64,000 bases of DNA, taken from contig JBDOQK010000002.1 in NCBI GenBank assembly GCA_040437565.1, forward strand, positions 682,001 through 746,000, written 5' to 3'. Position 1 is the first letter of the stretch. Every line of letters starts with the position of its first letter. The notes under the pieces were generated by a model. That model was given only the letters and a program-made list of their open reading frames with translations. It was not told the origin of the DNA and did not search any database. This document shows, in pieces, positions 11,858-22,670 of this stretch. This stretch comes from Albugo candida. Its lineage: Eukaryota. Position numbers and translations under genes: made by a program.

Positions 11858-14725
11858 ATGAAAAACCACGGAAAATCTGGCTTCTCACAGCATTGCAATA
11901 CCGATAACTCTCCTGCTGAGAACTTTGTAGAATTGTCGGTGAATACGACTAAAGCAACGCCATACAGCTATGGAGTCTCCATTCAGCCAATAAAGGAAGG
12001 CAGAGTAGGGCATAAAGGAAGCTTTATGCCCAGCACATACGCCATTGATGTGAGAGAAGCAGGCATAGAAGTTGTGAAACATTCCGATATGCACAATGGT
12101 AAGATGGAGAAAAGACGACGGCGACCGGATATAGATGCAATGGTGCGGGGCTCCTTAGGGGGTCGAAGCTCCATTTGTTCAGCGGCTACTTCCAGGCCAT
12201 CTGTTTGTGCTCGAAATGAGATTGAAACGGTTCCAATGCTTGGCGATTCTACATTCCAGCGAAATTTCTCAATTGCATTATCACAGCGCGATACAGAATG
12301 CACAGAAGATATGACTCCGGTGGAAAAACTGGAAGCGTTGCGGCAGGTCATGGGTAGAATAAGCGATGTAAATGGTTTTGTACATCGTGACACATTCACT
12401 CAGGCATTTGACATGAATGCTGAGGAATGTATGGGATACCACAATGAAGGTGGAATGGTGAACGGTAACGCTATATTGATCGACGCAATGCTCGAACTGG
12501 ACGTAGGTGTCAAAGAGAAGCTGCGATTTATTTTCGATACAGTCGATACCAACAAATCGCAACATATTACACAAGAACAAATGCTAAATTTGTTGACATC
12601 CAATTTCTCCCACGCCAAGCTCGAAGTAATTGGAATGGATCTTCTCGATGTTGTCAAACTCATGTTTCAGCGAGCTGGAGTGCATGGTGACAAGGGAATG
12701 ACATTCCTCCAATTTGAAAGAGTATTCCAAACTTTTGTCGTCAATTCATACGGAGAAGAAGTGAAAAAAGACAGAGAACCACTGTCGTTGGCCCCAAATG
12801 TGCGCCAGAAAAGTACGTTCCAATCATGGTACGAGGCCAACGGTCTTCGATTTTGGTGGATAGTGGTGTATGTCAGTCTCAACCACATTGCGTTCTGGTA
12901 CAAATGGTTCAGCTACGATGTGGATCCCGCAATGAAATACGGATTACGACTCGCTCGGGGTTGTGCTCAAGTCGTGATGCTTAATTGCTTACTCGTGCTA
13001 TTACCGATGTGTCGATCCATCACAGCCGTGCTGAAAAGAAACAGCACCATGTGGAGATATATTCCATTTGATGATCACATCGAATTTCATAAGATTTGTG
13101 GTACAGTGTTAATGATCGCAGGATTCATTCACGTTGCAGCCCATATCAGCAACGACATTTACCTGTATCGCATTGCCACTCCACACGAGATACAACACTC
13201 AATTTTTGTGAAACGTAAAATTTGGACACAACTTCCACCATTTTCCGAGATGGTATTCTCCATACCCGTCATAACGGGTTGTTTGCAGTTTTTGATTGCA
13301 TGCATATCATTCCCCTTAGCCGCGATTCCACGCTTTCGTCAGGGACGATTCAACTTGTTTTGGTATTCGCACATGCTGTTAGGACCTTTTTTATTGTTGA
13401 TGTGCATCCATGGAGCTTCATCGTGGCTGGCACGTTCGCAGTCATACATGTGGATTGCGCCACCCTTTATGTTATACCTGGTCGAACGTCGATTTCGGTA
13501 CGCAAAAACNNNNNNNNNNNNNNNNNNNNNNNNNNNNNNNNNNNNNNNNNNNNNNNNNNNNNNNNNNNNNNNNNNNNNNNNNNNNNNNNNNNNNNNNNNN
13601 NNNNNNNNNACGGGTTGTTTGCAGTTTTTGATTGCATGCATATCATTCCCCTTAGCCGCGATTCCACGCTTTCGTCAGGGACGATTCAACTTGTTTTGGT
13701 ATTCGCACATGCTGTTAGGACCTTTTTTATTGTTGATGTGCATCCATGGAGCTTCATCGTGGCTGGCACGTTCGCAGTCATACATGTGGATTGCGCCACC
13801 CTTTATGTTATACCTGGTCGAACGTCGATTTCGGTACGCAAAAACGTTCGCAGCCCCGGTGCGAATTATGGAAGCCAAGGAATTAGATAAAACTGTATCG
13901 CTGTACATGGAGAAGCCCAAACGATTTGTATATCGTCCCGGAATGTATTTGTACATCAACTGTCCCTCCATATCAACACATGAATGGCACCCATTTACCA
14001 TCTCATCTGCCCCAGGAGACAATTACCTCAGTGTCCATATTCGCAATGCAGGTGACTGGACTGGAGCTCTCCACAAGTTGATCGCCGATTGCCATCAAAA
14101 GAAGACTCAGTATCCAGACGTTTACCTTGACGGACCCGTTGGTGCTCCAACCCAAGATTATCATCGATACAAGACAATAATGTGCATCGCTGGTGGTATT
14201 GGAGTGACCCCGTTTGCCTCTATACTGAAGGATGTGGTGCATCTCTGGGAAGATTTTCGGTGTTGCAATTGCCAACATGTTCGACATCCACGTAGTTTCA
14301 AGATTCAAAAGCTCTACTTTCACTGGACAACGCGTGGGCAAGAATCGCTCGCTTGGTTTGACTCGACCATGCATCAAATTGCGAGTATGGATAAGGATAA
14401 TATCATCGAAGCTCATCAGTACTTGACGACCGTCAAAAGTGATGAGAATTCGTCGCAATTAAGGATGTTTCAAGAGTTTGTGCACCAAGAAACAGGCCGA
14501 GATTTTGTTAGTGGAATGAAGACGCGACATCTGACGCATTTTGGTCGACCTGATTGGGATAAGATATTCCAAAGTGTTCGCGATAAGCATTCAGGAGAAG
14601 AAATTGGTGTTTTCTTCTGTGGCCCGCACGCACTCGATCAAGTGCTTGCAGCGATCTGTAACAAGTTTTCGTCGAGTAGTGATGGTGGTGTATATTTTGA
14701 CTATCATTCGGAGAAGTTTGCTTGA
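11858..14725 (+). CDS. NADPH oxidase with N-terminal EF-hand (NOX5/RBOH-like); about 843 aa once the in-frame gap duplicate is removed
   Basis: EF-hand FIFDTVDTNKSQHITQEQ, heme His residues (HIEFHK...HVAAH, WYSH...CIHG), FAD motif EWHPFTISSAP, NADPH motifs DGPVGAP and GGIGVTPFASIL, VFFCGP, terminal HSEKF. An extra 5' copy at 11444-11603 precedes a gap. Confidence 0.95.
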   Translation: MKNHGKSGFSQHCNTDNSPAENFVELSVNTTKATPYSYGVSIQPIKEGRVGHKGSFMPSTYAIDVREAGIEVVKHSDMHNGKMEKRRRRPDIDAMVRGSLGGRSSICSAATSRPSVCARNEIETVPMLGDSTFQRNFSIALSQRDTECTEDMTPVEKLEALRQVMGRISDVNGFVHRDTFTQAFDMNAEECMGYHNEGGMVNGNAILIDAMLELDVGVKEKLRFIFDTVDTNKSQHITQEQMLNLLTSNFSHAKLEVIGMDLLDVVKLMFQRAGVHGDKGMTFLQFERVFQTFVVNSYGEEVKKDREPLSLAPNVRQKSTFQSWYEANGLRFWWIVVYVSLNHIAFWYKWFSYDVDPAMKYGLRLARGCAQVVMLNCLLVLLPMCRSITAVLKRNSTMWRYIPFDDHIEFHKICGTVLMIAGFIHVAAHISNDIYLYRIATPHEIQHSIFVKRKIWTQLPPFSEMVFSIPVITGCLQFLIACISFPLAAIPRFRQGRFNLFWYSHMLLGPFLLLMCIHGASSWLARSQSYMWIAPPFMLYLVERRFRYAKXXXXXXXXXXXXXXXXXXXXXXXXXXXXXXXXXXTGCLQFLIACISFPLAAIPRFRQGRFNLFWYSHMLLGPFLLLMCIHGASSWLARSQSYMWIAPPFMLYLVERRFRYAKTFAAPVRIMEAKELDKTVSLYMEKPKRFVYRPGMYLYINCPSISTHEWHPFTISSAPGDNYLSVHIRNAGDWTGALHKLIADCHQKKTQYPDVYLDGPVGAPTQDYHRYKTIMCIAGGIGVTPFASILKDVVHLWEDFRCCNCQHVRHPRSFKIQKLYFHWTTRGQESLAWFDSTMHQIASMDKDNIIEAHQYLTTVKSDENSSQLRMFQEFVHQETGRDFVSGMKTRHLTHFGRPDWDKIFQSVRDKHSGEEIGVFFCGPHALDQVLAAICNKFSSSSDGGVYFDYHSEKFA

Positions 14726-15554
14726 AATTACTAAGAAGTTGCCTGGCTAGTTTAGTATTGTAATGTACATAGATTGCTTGCGTAGCAAAGGAAGGTGTTG
14801 TCAGTGCCAAGTTTCGTTGATATTGAAACTACTCATCATTAAGTGAAAGCGCGGGCTATAAGCGTTGTAACGCGACACAACTTCGCGGACTTCACAGAGA
14901 CCTTGCAGAAGCTTCGGACTAGTGAGTGATGTTTTACATTAGCCATCCCTTCAGCTCATTGCGCTCAACGCGAAGAGAAGCAAGATCGAACAAAGGAGAG
15001 TAAGGCAATGAAGCAGTGCGTACTTAGTGATCGTGCGCAATGTGGAATATGATGGTAAGCTTTGGTAGACTGCGAGTATCGATGCTTGGATTGGCTCGGC
15101 CACGCACAGCGTTTTTATTGTATATGAGGTCTAAAGGTCGCGATTGAATGGAACTAGGTGCACTATCGCCACATGGGAAAATGTTGTATCGGACACTTTC
15201 ACCCACTTTTCTACATCATCACATTTTTGTTGTTGATGCTTTCTTGTTCTCTGACGAGTTGCCTCGTTTTGCTTGAATTATCTCAGTACTTGAGCCATTC
15301 TGTAAAACAAATGCGAAATACCAACTCACATGCAAATAAGGGCGTCTAGAGCTCGTTAGTGGTGTAAGCTTTTACGGACTGGGAAGCATGAGTAAAGGGT
15401 GTTGAGCGTGTTGCTTGAGCAGATCACATTATAAGGTGTTGTGTAAAGTATTCATCATTCTGCATTTGATCCTTATGACATTGTCCATCAGCTCAATCTT
15501 CATACGCAACGATACAGCGGTTATTAATATCCGAATTGGATGCCAAATCATGTT

Positions 15555-16125
15555 CCAAGTTGTGTTTACATATCGAAGGAGCCTCAGTCCGGAATTCCAA
15601 CACGCCACACTTGGGCTCTTTCTAAGCTTGTAGTTCCGGTTACCTAGCCTTCTGCGACAATTAATTCATCGTTTATTGATGAAGTACCATAATATATCCC
15701 CGCGATGAACTTTTGCAGATACCCGATATTTCAAGGTAACATCGCTTAAAGTCCGCATGCCATCTTCCACATACAGTGCGATGCAAACGAAAGTCCTTCC
15801 ACTTCGAGCAAAAATACACGAGTCAGTTGTGCACTGAATCCCGAAAGCATTATCTCGTACGAAACTGACAAAGCTTGCTTCGAACCATACTGACCCCTTG
15901 CTCTGTAAATTTCGCCTGATCAAATCTCCATCCTTTTGCGGTAATTACGTGTGGACATCTTCCCTCATATTATCGTTGAAAAAGGCTTTATATCCATGTC
16001 ATGTTGGCAAATCCCGTGTCCGTGTCGATCACGTAAAGCTACGAACACCTTGACTCAATTTGTGCTTGTACTCATGCTGCCTGTCAAAACTCTTGTACAA
16101 ACAGCACGTACTTTACAGCGTTGTG
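15555..16125 (-). mobile_element. Degenerate Ty1/copia LTR-retrotransposon reverse transcriptase relic
   Basis: Collinear, frameshifted motifs on the minus strand: RCKVR (~RYKARL), MDIK-AFFND..REDVH (~MDVKTAFLNG..EEVY), YGSKQA (~YGLKQA), IQCTTDSCIF...IALYVED (~D.CVF...LYVDD), P...CWNSGLRLLRYV (~HW.A.KRVLRYL). Confidence 0.8.
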
Positions 16126-16399
16126 TCGATTTACCTACGAAGCAGTTGCAAACGATCAAAGGCAGAAAGGGGAGCGCTATGAGCTTAGTCCAATAAGGCA
16201 AAAGCTGCGTCTCAGCTCACCATAGAGTTGTCTTAACCCAAGGCAGGTGCACCTTATATAGCGAAATTGTACGTTGCTTCGCTCTGGCGGGTGAGGTTCT
16301 TCGCCCGTATAACTTATGTTTATACACCGTTTCTTAGTACACTTTCATTATCAGCTACCCAATCTAACACTACTATGTAATGCTCTGACGAGTCCGGTT

Positions 16400-16588
16400 C
16401 GCTCCTGTACAGTTATTTTGTGGAGTAGCTGTCAGCGGTCTTCACAAGTCCATGGCTTCATTAACAGGTTGATAGTTACGTGGAGAAATCTTTGCCTCCG
16501 CCGAGGGGCCCCATCGCGAACTATTCGTTACCGCCGGGATTCGAAGCAGTGTGCAACACGGATCCACTTACCAGTACGCCACCGACTG
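16400..16588 (-). mobile_element. Possible second tRNA-derived SINE-like element
   Basis: Minus strand shows an A-box-like TGGCGTACTGGT (16570-16581) and a B-box-like CTTCGAATCCC (16536-16546), followed by a GC-rich hairpin. No cloverleaf. The 3' boundary is a guess. Confidence 0.35.
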
Positions 16589-16590
16589 TG

Positions 16591-16703
16591 AGTGCATCCG
16601 CACTAGCTCTTGTTGGCTCATGCCCGGGAGCGTGGGCAGCGGTTTGAGCCGACTCATGCACAAAGCTAGAAAATATCTGCCTCACTAGGTTTGTTGCCAG
16701 ACT
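16591..16703 (+). repeat. Decayed copy of the SINE-like repeat at 59055-59210
   Basis: 16623-16703 aligns by eye at roughly 80-85% identity to the reverse complement of 59055-59136 (shared GTGGGCAGCGGTTTGAGCC...GAAAATATCTGCCTC.CTAGGTTTG...CAGACT). Confidence 0.8.
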
Positions 16704-18731
16704 CAAGTGGTATTTACACGGTTAGGGGCTCATGAGAGGGTAATGAAGATAGTTCAAGAACCAGATAATCAGTGCAATAAACTCTACTACTAAGTGCCAG
16801 ATTTTAGATCCGAGAACGATGAAGAAAAGGAGCTATATGAATTTTTTTTCGCTGCCCGTCTCTCAGCCCCAGCCATCCTCCTAATGATGCCGATCTCGAA
16901 TAATTATTATTTCACAGCGGAATGCGACAAATCGAATTTTCCGAATACTAATGAACGTGTTCAGGCAGTTTGGTGGAGTACACAACGTTCCTTCTACCTT
17001 CATCGCCAAGGTGTCATGCTCGTATCATTGTTCGGCATACCGGAGAAGGCATACGTTTCCCTTACCCATCTTCGACGGAAATACTGCGTCATATTTGTAG
17101 CTTGCTTCTTTTTATTGCTCTTCGTCATCTATTATGTATATGCACACGTTTACCAAATAAGAGTCGTTTGCTGGAGGATGGAAATGCAAAATAGATGAAG
17201 AATAGTACAGTATCACCTGTGATACAAAGATCGGAAATTCATTATGGTCAAAGCAAATATAAACTAGTAGGGCTTCCAGTATCCCGATGTATGTGAACTG
17301 ATCGTTCACATCTAGTGGCTATACCATTTTGCAACGAGACACCGCTTATGCTCCCTTTCCTTTGCACTGGATCAAAAAGTCATCACGGCTTTCATGCGTG
17401 CGGGGAGAAAAAAGATATCATTATCCATGAAGCTGGCAGACTTTCGAATCAACTACTTTGCCGGTTGCCTGTGAAGTACTCGAAAGCAGACATCAAATTG
17501 CTTGGGGCATCTGTCGATTTTTATTAATTTCTATGGACCGCAATGTCTAGCATGAAGCCTCCAATCTGCAAGGGGTGAAGCATATTGTACTACCGGCTCT
17601 GAGGTTACAAAGGATCAGAAAATGTAGAACGAGCTGGAATTTGGTGCAAACTACCGACTTGAATCTTGGAAAAGTCCTGGAGGTAAATTGACAGCATGGA
17701 TTATGAAACCCAAGTTTTCAGAGCTATGATTGTCATGGGAAAGCGATAGCTTTCCAGGCTCCTAGTCGCTGAAATTTGAGCTATGAGGAAAATATAAGCT
17801 ATGCCATTACCTTTCTTCGGATACATTGAGTATTCTTTTGGATTTGTCGCAGCTGATTTATTTTTAGAGTCTCTGTCATTAATCGCTCATAAACACCGTC
17901 CAAGTATGTCCAACTAACACTCTGATAACTTCAATCAACATTTTGTTGTCTTCTGCATCAGTATGTGGATTTTGTACCTCCCCGTACTTCCTTTTCTACA
18001 AGTAAATGGTTCTTTAATCTTTGCGAAGACAGCAGATCGGAAGTACTCGATCATAAATTCAAAAGGATCTTGCGGGGTGAATGCTGAACGATGGAATCAG
18101 GCAGACAAAGATACAAGGACTATTGACTCGCGATAATAAAGCTTCCTAATCAAAGCAATGCCTAATGTTGCATCACAATGGCTAAGAGTGACTTGAAGGG
18201 GACTATGCTTTGGTTCTTGTTGCACATGCCCTTTATTGATTTACACAGGCTAAGAAATATTCGTATGGACACATCAATCAGTCATTGATCTCGTGTAAGG
18301 GAAATACTGGATCAATGTTGCGATTTAAAAATGCTGAAAATGATGGCAACTTAGGATCTGAAGTGCTTCGAACGCAAACGGTCATGAAGTTGGCTTACTA
18401 TAACAGTATAGAGAGACTTCTGCAGATAAAGTATATGAAACCTCTCATGGAAATCACAGACAAGGACCAGATCGGCCGCTGGCTGGATCAGAGTGTCATA
18501 TAATTACTTGCTTACAAAAAAGTCTTTCGTCAGAAATGGTGCATACTTTCTGCCGACAACCTCAGACACATTCTGTACAATAAAGTATCGCCAACATTGT
18601 GTGTAGGCCACATAAGCTTCATGTGAATCCATATTGCATAATGACCAATGAACCGCATTTGACCATGTTTTATCGCCAATCCCGGTGAAGAAATCTCTTG
18701 ATACACTCAAGCACTTCTTGGTGTGCAAATT

Positions 18732-19841
18732 ATGCCGCCGCAACAAAATGAAGTCATGTTACCTTGGATAGAGAAATAGTGAGTGAGACCTATCATCCAT
18801 TCATGAGGATCAATTCTAATCTTTTTGCATGTAGCCGGCCCAAAGTAATCAATGACATATCCCATCAGGAGCACGTCGTGGCGACTTTAAGGCAGTCCAT
18901 TGCAAGCGGACAACTTCCTCATTTGTTATTTTACGGCCCACCTGGAACCGGAAAAACGTCAACGATTGTCGCTGTAGCAAGAGAGCTTTACGGAAACGAT
19001 TTTCGAAAGAATGGGAGATACTTGGAGCTGAATGCGTCGGATGATCGTGGGATCAAAGTCGTCCGAGAGAAAGTGAAGCTTTTCGCCCAGGGTGCCATCA
19101 ACAACTCGGATTCGATGCCATCATTCAAAATAATTGTACTTGATGAGGCAGATTCAATGACAGGCGATGCACAATCCGCTCTTCGCAGAATGATGGAGAA
19201 TTATTCCAAGGTTACTAGATTCTGTTTGATTTGCAATTATGTGAGCAGAATCATTGATCCGATCGCATCAAGATGCGTAAAATTTCGATTTTCTCCGTTG
19301 ACAAAAGAATCGATGGCTGCAAGGCTTACGTATATTGGTTTGCAGGAGAACCTCAAGTTGAATGAGGATACCATTGATACACTGCTGGACTGTGCAAACG
19401 GTGATTTAAGAAAAGCGATAAACCTTATGCAAAGTGCAAAGCAAACGGGTGGTCAGGAGCTAACGAACGATGAAATCGTAGCAGTAGCAGGAGTAAGACT
19501 TCGATTTCTTCTTTGCCTCGTTAGTAATAATTGTGCTTATTTAGCTCGCACCAAAGGAGCTCTTGGAGAAATTTTGGGATGCAATTGCGGGCAATAGTTT
19601 TGATACTATGCGGAATGAAATTGAGGATATTTTATTGTCAGGATATCCAACACTCATCATCCTACATCAGCTGGCAAAAGACATCATGAAGCGATCGGAA
19701 TTGTCGGATATCCAGAAAGCTCAATCATGTTTGCGCATTGCTGAAGCAGACAGCAAGCTTATCGATGGAGGCAGTGAGTACTTTCAGATTTTGGATGTAG
19801 GCTCTTACATCATGAGACAGTATCAAAGTATAGATAGCTGA
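18732..19841 (+). CDS. RFC4: Replication factor C small subunit (human RFC4 / yeast Rfc2 type), 3 exons
   Basis: LPWIEKY|RPK, LPHLLFYGPPGTGKTS, LELNASDDRGI, FKIIVLDEADSMT, TRFCLICNYVSRII.P.ASRC, GDLRKAI and ADSKLIDGGSE. Confidence 0.92.
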
Positions 19842-19892
19842 CCATAGCTAGAGACCCGCCAGTAGGAAAAATTATGGAGCTCATATTATGCC

Positions 19893-20954
19893 TCATTCGA
19901 TATTTCTTATATCAGAGGCATGTATGGAAGAAATTTGCGTCCACTCCTTCTCGTTCTTCTGCTTCCAGAACGTGATATCATTATCGCCTGCAGCTACACT
20001 GAGCACTGAGCCCGTAAGCGACCACTTTAGCCGATAAACTGGTGAAGAAAAGTTCGATAAGATATGCATCTTCCACATGCCAACTTTATCGTCTTGAGCC
20101 CATACTCGAACAGTCTGATCGTCCGAACCCGAAGCGATGACATTGCAAGGAATCCCAACATTAGGAGACCACACTACATCACGAACCCATTCTTTATGAC
20201 CGCAAAGTGTTTCCAAGAGTGTCCAGCGACTCACTTGAGGATCAAAGAAGAAAAGCTGCACAACGCTATTTCGCGACCCAGTCACAATTCTCTGGATAGG
20301 TCCTTGCGTTCCTTGTGAGCCCAGCGAGTTATACGGTGCCCAGCTCACAGATGTGCATGCTGTGCCATCCTCCGTGTTGTTGATACTTGATGATACCACC
20401 CATCCTTCTCTGATCCGCGTCAAGAATGACACTTTCCCGTCCGCAGAAGCAGACGCAAGACACAGTCCGTACTCGTACGGTGCCCAAGCGATACAAAGGA
20501 TTCCAGATTGATGGAAACTGTGAACATGTTTCTGGTGCCATTGCGTTTGTCCAGAGCCACTTGTTAAAAGTTCCTCACGATAGATATAAACTTTTCCATC
20601 CTGACACGCCACAGCTAAAACGCTCCCGTATTTGGGATGCGCCCATGCAATGCGATATATAGGAGCCAATTCTGATTCAGGAAGGAGTACGACGTGAGTG
20701 AGAGTATAAAAATCGTTATTTGCTGCCGCTGTAGATGGAGGGGCGGAAGCAGTCGCATTTGTTACGTCATAAACTCGAAAAGTTTGGTCTGCGGAACACG
20801 TTACAAGTCGTTTGCCGTAATAATCGAGCTGGATATCATGGATCATATCGTTATGTTCTGTGTCGATATTGCAGATGGGAGCAATTTGATCGCTTGCTTC
20901 ATTATGAAAAGCACCAAATTCATGCGAAGACATCACTTGGGTGCCAGCACTCAT
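19893..20954 (-). CDS. SEC13: Sec13 WD40 protein (COPII coat / nuclear pore)
   Basis: HNDMIHDIQLDYYGKRLVTCS, WAHPKYGSVLA, WAPYEYGLCLASASADG, GHKEWVRDVVWSPNVG, WSLTGSVLSVAAGDN. Start taken as MSAGTQ; the ORF extends to 21110. Confidence 0.9.
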   Translation of the reverse strand: MSAGTQVMSSHEFGAFHNEASDQIAPICNIDTEHNDMIHDIQLDYYGKRLVTCSADQTFRVYDVTNATASAPPSTAAANNDFYTLTHVVLLPESELAPIYRIAWAHPKYGSVLAVACQDGKVYIYREELLTSGSGQTQWHQKHVHSFHQSGILCIAWAPYEYGLCLASASADGKVSFLTRIREGWVVSSSINNTEDGTACTSVSWAPYNSLGSQGTQGPIQRIVTGSRNSVVQLFFFDPQVSRWTLLETLCGHKEWVRDVVWSPNVGIPCNVIASGSDDQTVRVWAQDDKVGMWKMHILSNFSSPVYRLKWSLTGSVLSVAAGDNDITFWKQKNEKEWTQISSIHASDIRNIE

Positions 20955-21607
20955 TTTGGAGGTAAGTACGGATATTAACGTGATGAACTTAGTAGGAAAG
21001 ACATAAGTAAGTGCGGACATGAACCTTGCCTGGTTACGTAGGTCGAATTTCAGATCTGAATAAGAGCAGCGCTTATTTTTCCCATTGGGTCTCACATACT
21101 CAAGTTTCACAAAATACCCTGGAGCATTTCCAACGTGCTTAGAGCTGCTTCCGAAATCCGTCAGTTTTATGATATCATATGATTGGTTGAATATGAGCCT
21201 ACATGGCCCTATCCCCTTGAAGCTGTACAGTTGATTCGCTGTATATACGCTTGTTTCTCCTCATTGCTAGTTCCCCTCACCCTTTCATTGTGAGGTTTTC
21301 CAAAAAAGTTGCAAGAATATCCTTAAGTACGAACAGACGACATCATTTTCACACGACGCAAAACAGAAAGAATACGTGCGTGCTGGTTCCTGCAAACACA
21401 CAATAGTTTGCAGTAGTAAATTTCCGAGCTGCTATTTGAGTATACATACACTTTCCAAGTTTTACTCATCAAAGTGTACGTGTCAATACTTTCGGCGTCT
21501 TTTTATACTTCTAGAGGGAGAAGTTTGGAGGGGGCGCCCATTTTCTTGTCGTATATCTAATACGCGACTTGTGATTCAAATGCATAGAAAATCCAAGATA
21601 TTTCAAC

Positions 21608-22437
21608 ATGAATCCCGAATAGTACGTAAAGCGTTTTGAACGGTGAACAATATTCACTTACAATCAAAACAAAAATATAGTGATTACTTGTTCAAGCTTT
21701 TGCTAATTGGCGATTCAGGAGTCGGAAAATCGTGTTTGCTGCTTCGATTTGCGGATGATACATACACAGAGTCTTATATATCAACAATCGGTGTCGATTT
21801 TGTACGTGTGAGAGAAAGAGAAATCGGTTTGTCATTTGACACTCTTTGTAGAAAATCCGAACAATTGAGCTAGATGGAAAAACGATCAAACTACAGATTG
21901 TACGGTGACTTTATTCTTCAGATTGCGAGGAGACACTGACGTGAGGATTCTCAGTGGGACACTGCAGGACAAGAACGATTTCGGACAATTACCAGCAGTT
22001 ATTATCGTGGAGCGCATGGAATCATTGTCGTGTACGATGTTACAGACCAGGAATCATTCAACAATGTAAAACAATGGCTTCACGAGATTGATAGGTGCAA
22101 ATCACATCCAAACAGCATTACGTGCTTGATATTCAGATTCACATGTTATAGATATGCGTGCGAGAATGTAAATAAGCTACTGGTTGGAAATAAGAGTGAT
22201 CTTGTCGCCAAGCGAGTGGTTACGACGGAAACTGGCGCACAATTTGCAGATGAGCTGGGCATTGAATTTTTGGAAACCAGTGCAAAGAATGCGGCAAATG
22301 TCGAGGAAGCGTTTATGAAGATGGCATCTCAGATCAAGAAGCGAATGGCCAATGCACCTACTGCGCCAAAACAAAGCATTAAGATCAGCCCTGGTCAACA
22401 ACTTCCTTCAAACAGCGGATCCAAATGCTGCGGATAA
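21608..22437 (+). CDS. YPT1: Rab1/Ypt1 small GTPase, multi-exon
   Basis: [66 protein letters not shown]-terminal KCCG prenylation motif. Confidence 0.97.
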
Positions 22438-22670
22438 TCTCTTGTTCTATTGCAACTCTGGCGAACATTTCCTTGTGCTGAGGCGCATCCGTGGTTTATG
22501 TCTTCTATTACTAGCGATCGCCTAAACTAGGAAGAAAACGTTGGATAATCTTCAATTCGCCATCAATTCAAGCTTGCTTTTTATACTTTTTGCCAGCCTC
22601 TTGGAGCTGGTAGCCGTTTCGTGCACAGTCTCTAATCTATGGCGGCTCACTTTCTGAATCAAAACGCAAC

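Noticed and set aside
13274..13845. Internal duplication of transmembrane helices in the NADPH oxidase
   Set aside because: Identical sequence either side of a gap; the offset of 336 keeps the frame by chance.
16385..16410. Hammerhead ribozyme core CTGACGAGTCC
   Set aside because: No closing stem II or GAAA follows, so a complete hammerhead cannot be built.
16440..16530. HDV-like ribozyme on the minus strand (TCCACGT loop-like motif)
   Set aside because: I could not form P3 or the nested pseudoknot; a simple hairpin explains the pairing.
17291..17316. Hairpin ATGTGAAC/GTTCACAT followed by CTAG, suggesting a Helitron 3' end
   Set aside because: The stem is AT-rich and directly abuts CTAG without the usual spacer; no other Helitron evidence.
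16794..18503. Short ORFs between the repeats and RFC4
   Set aside because: No recognisable domains, mostly non-ATG starts, and no consistent splice structure.
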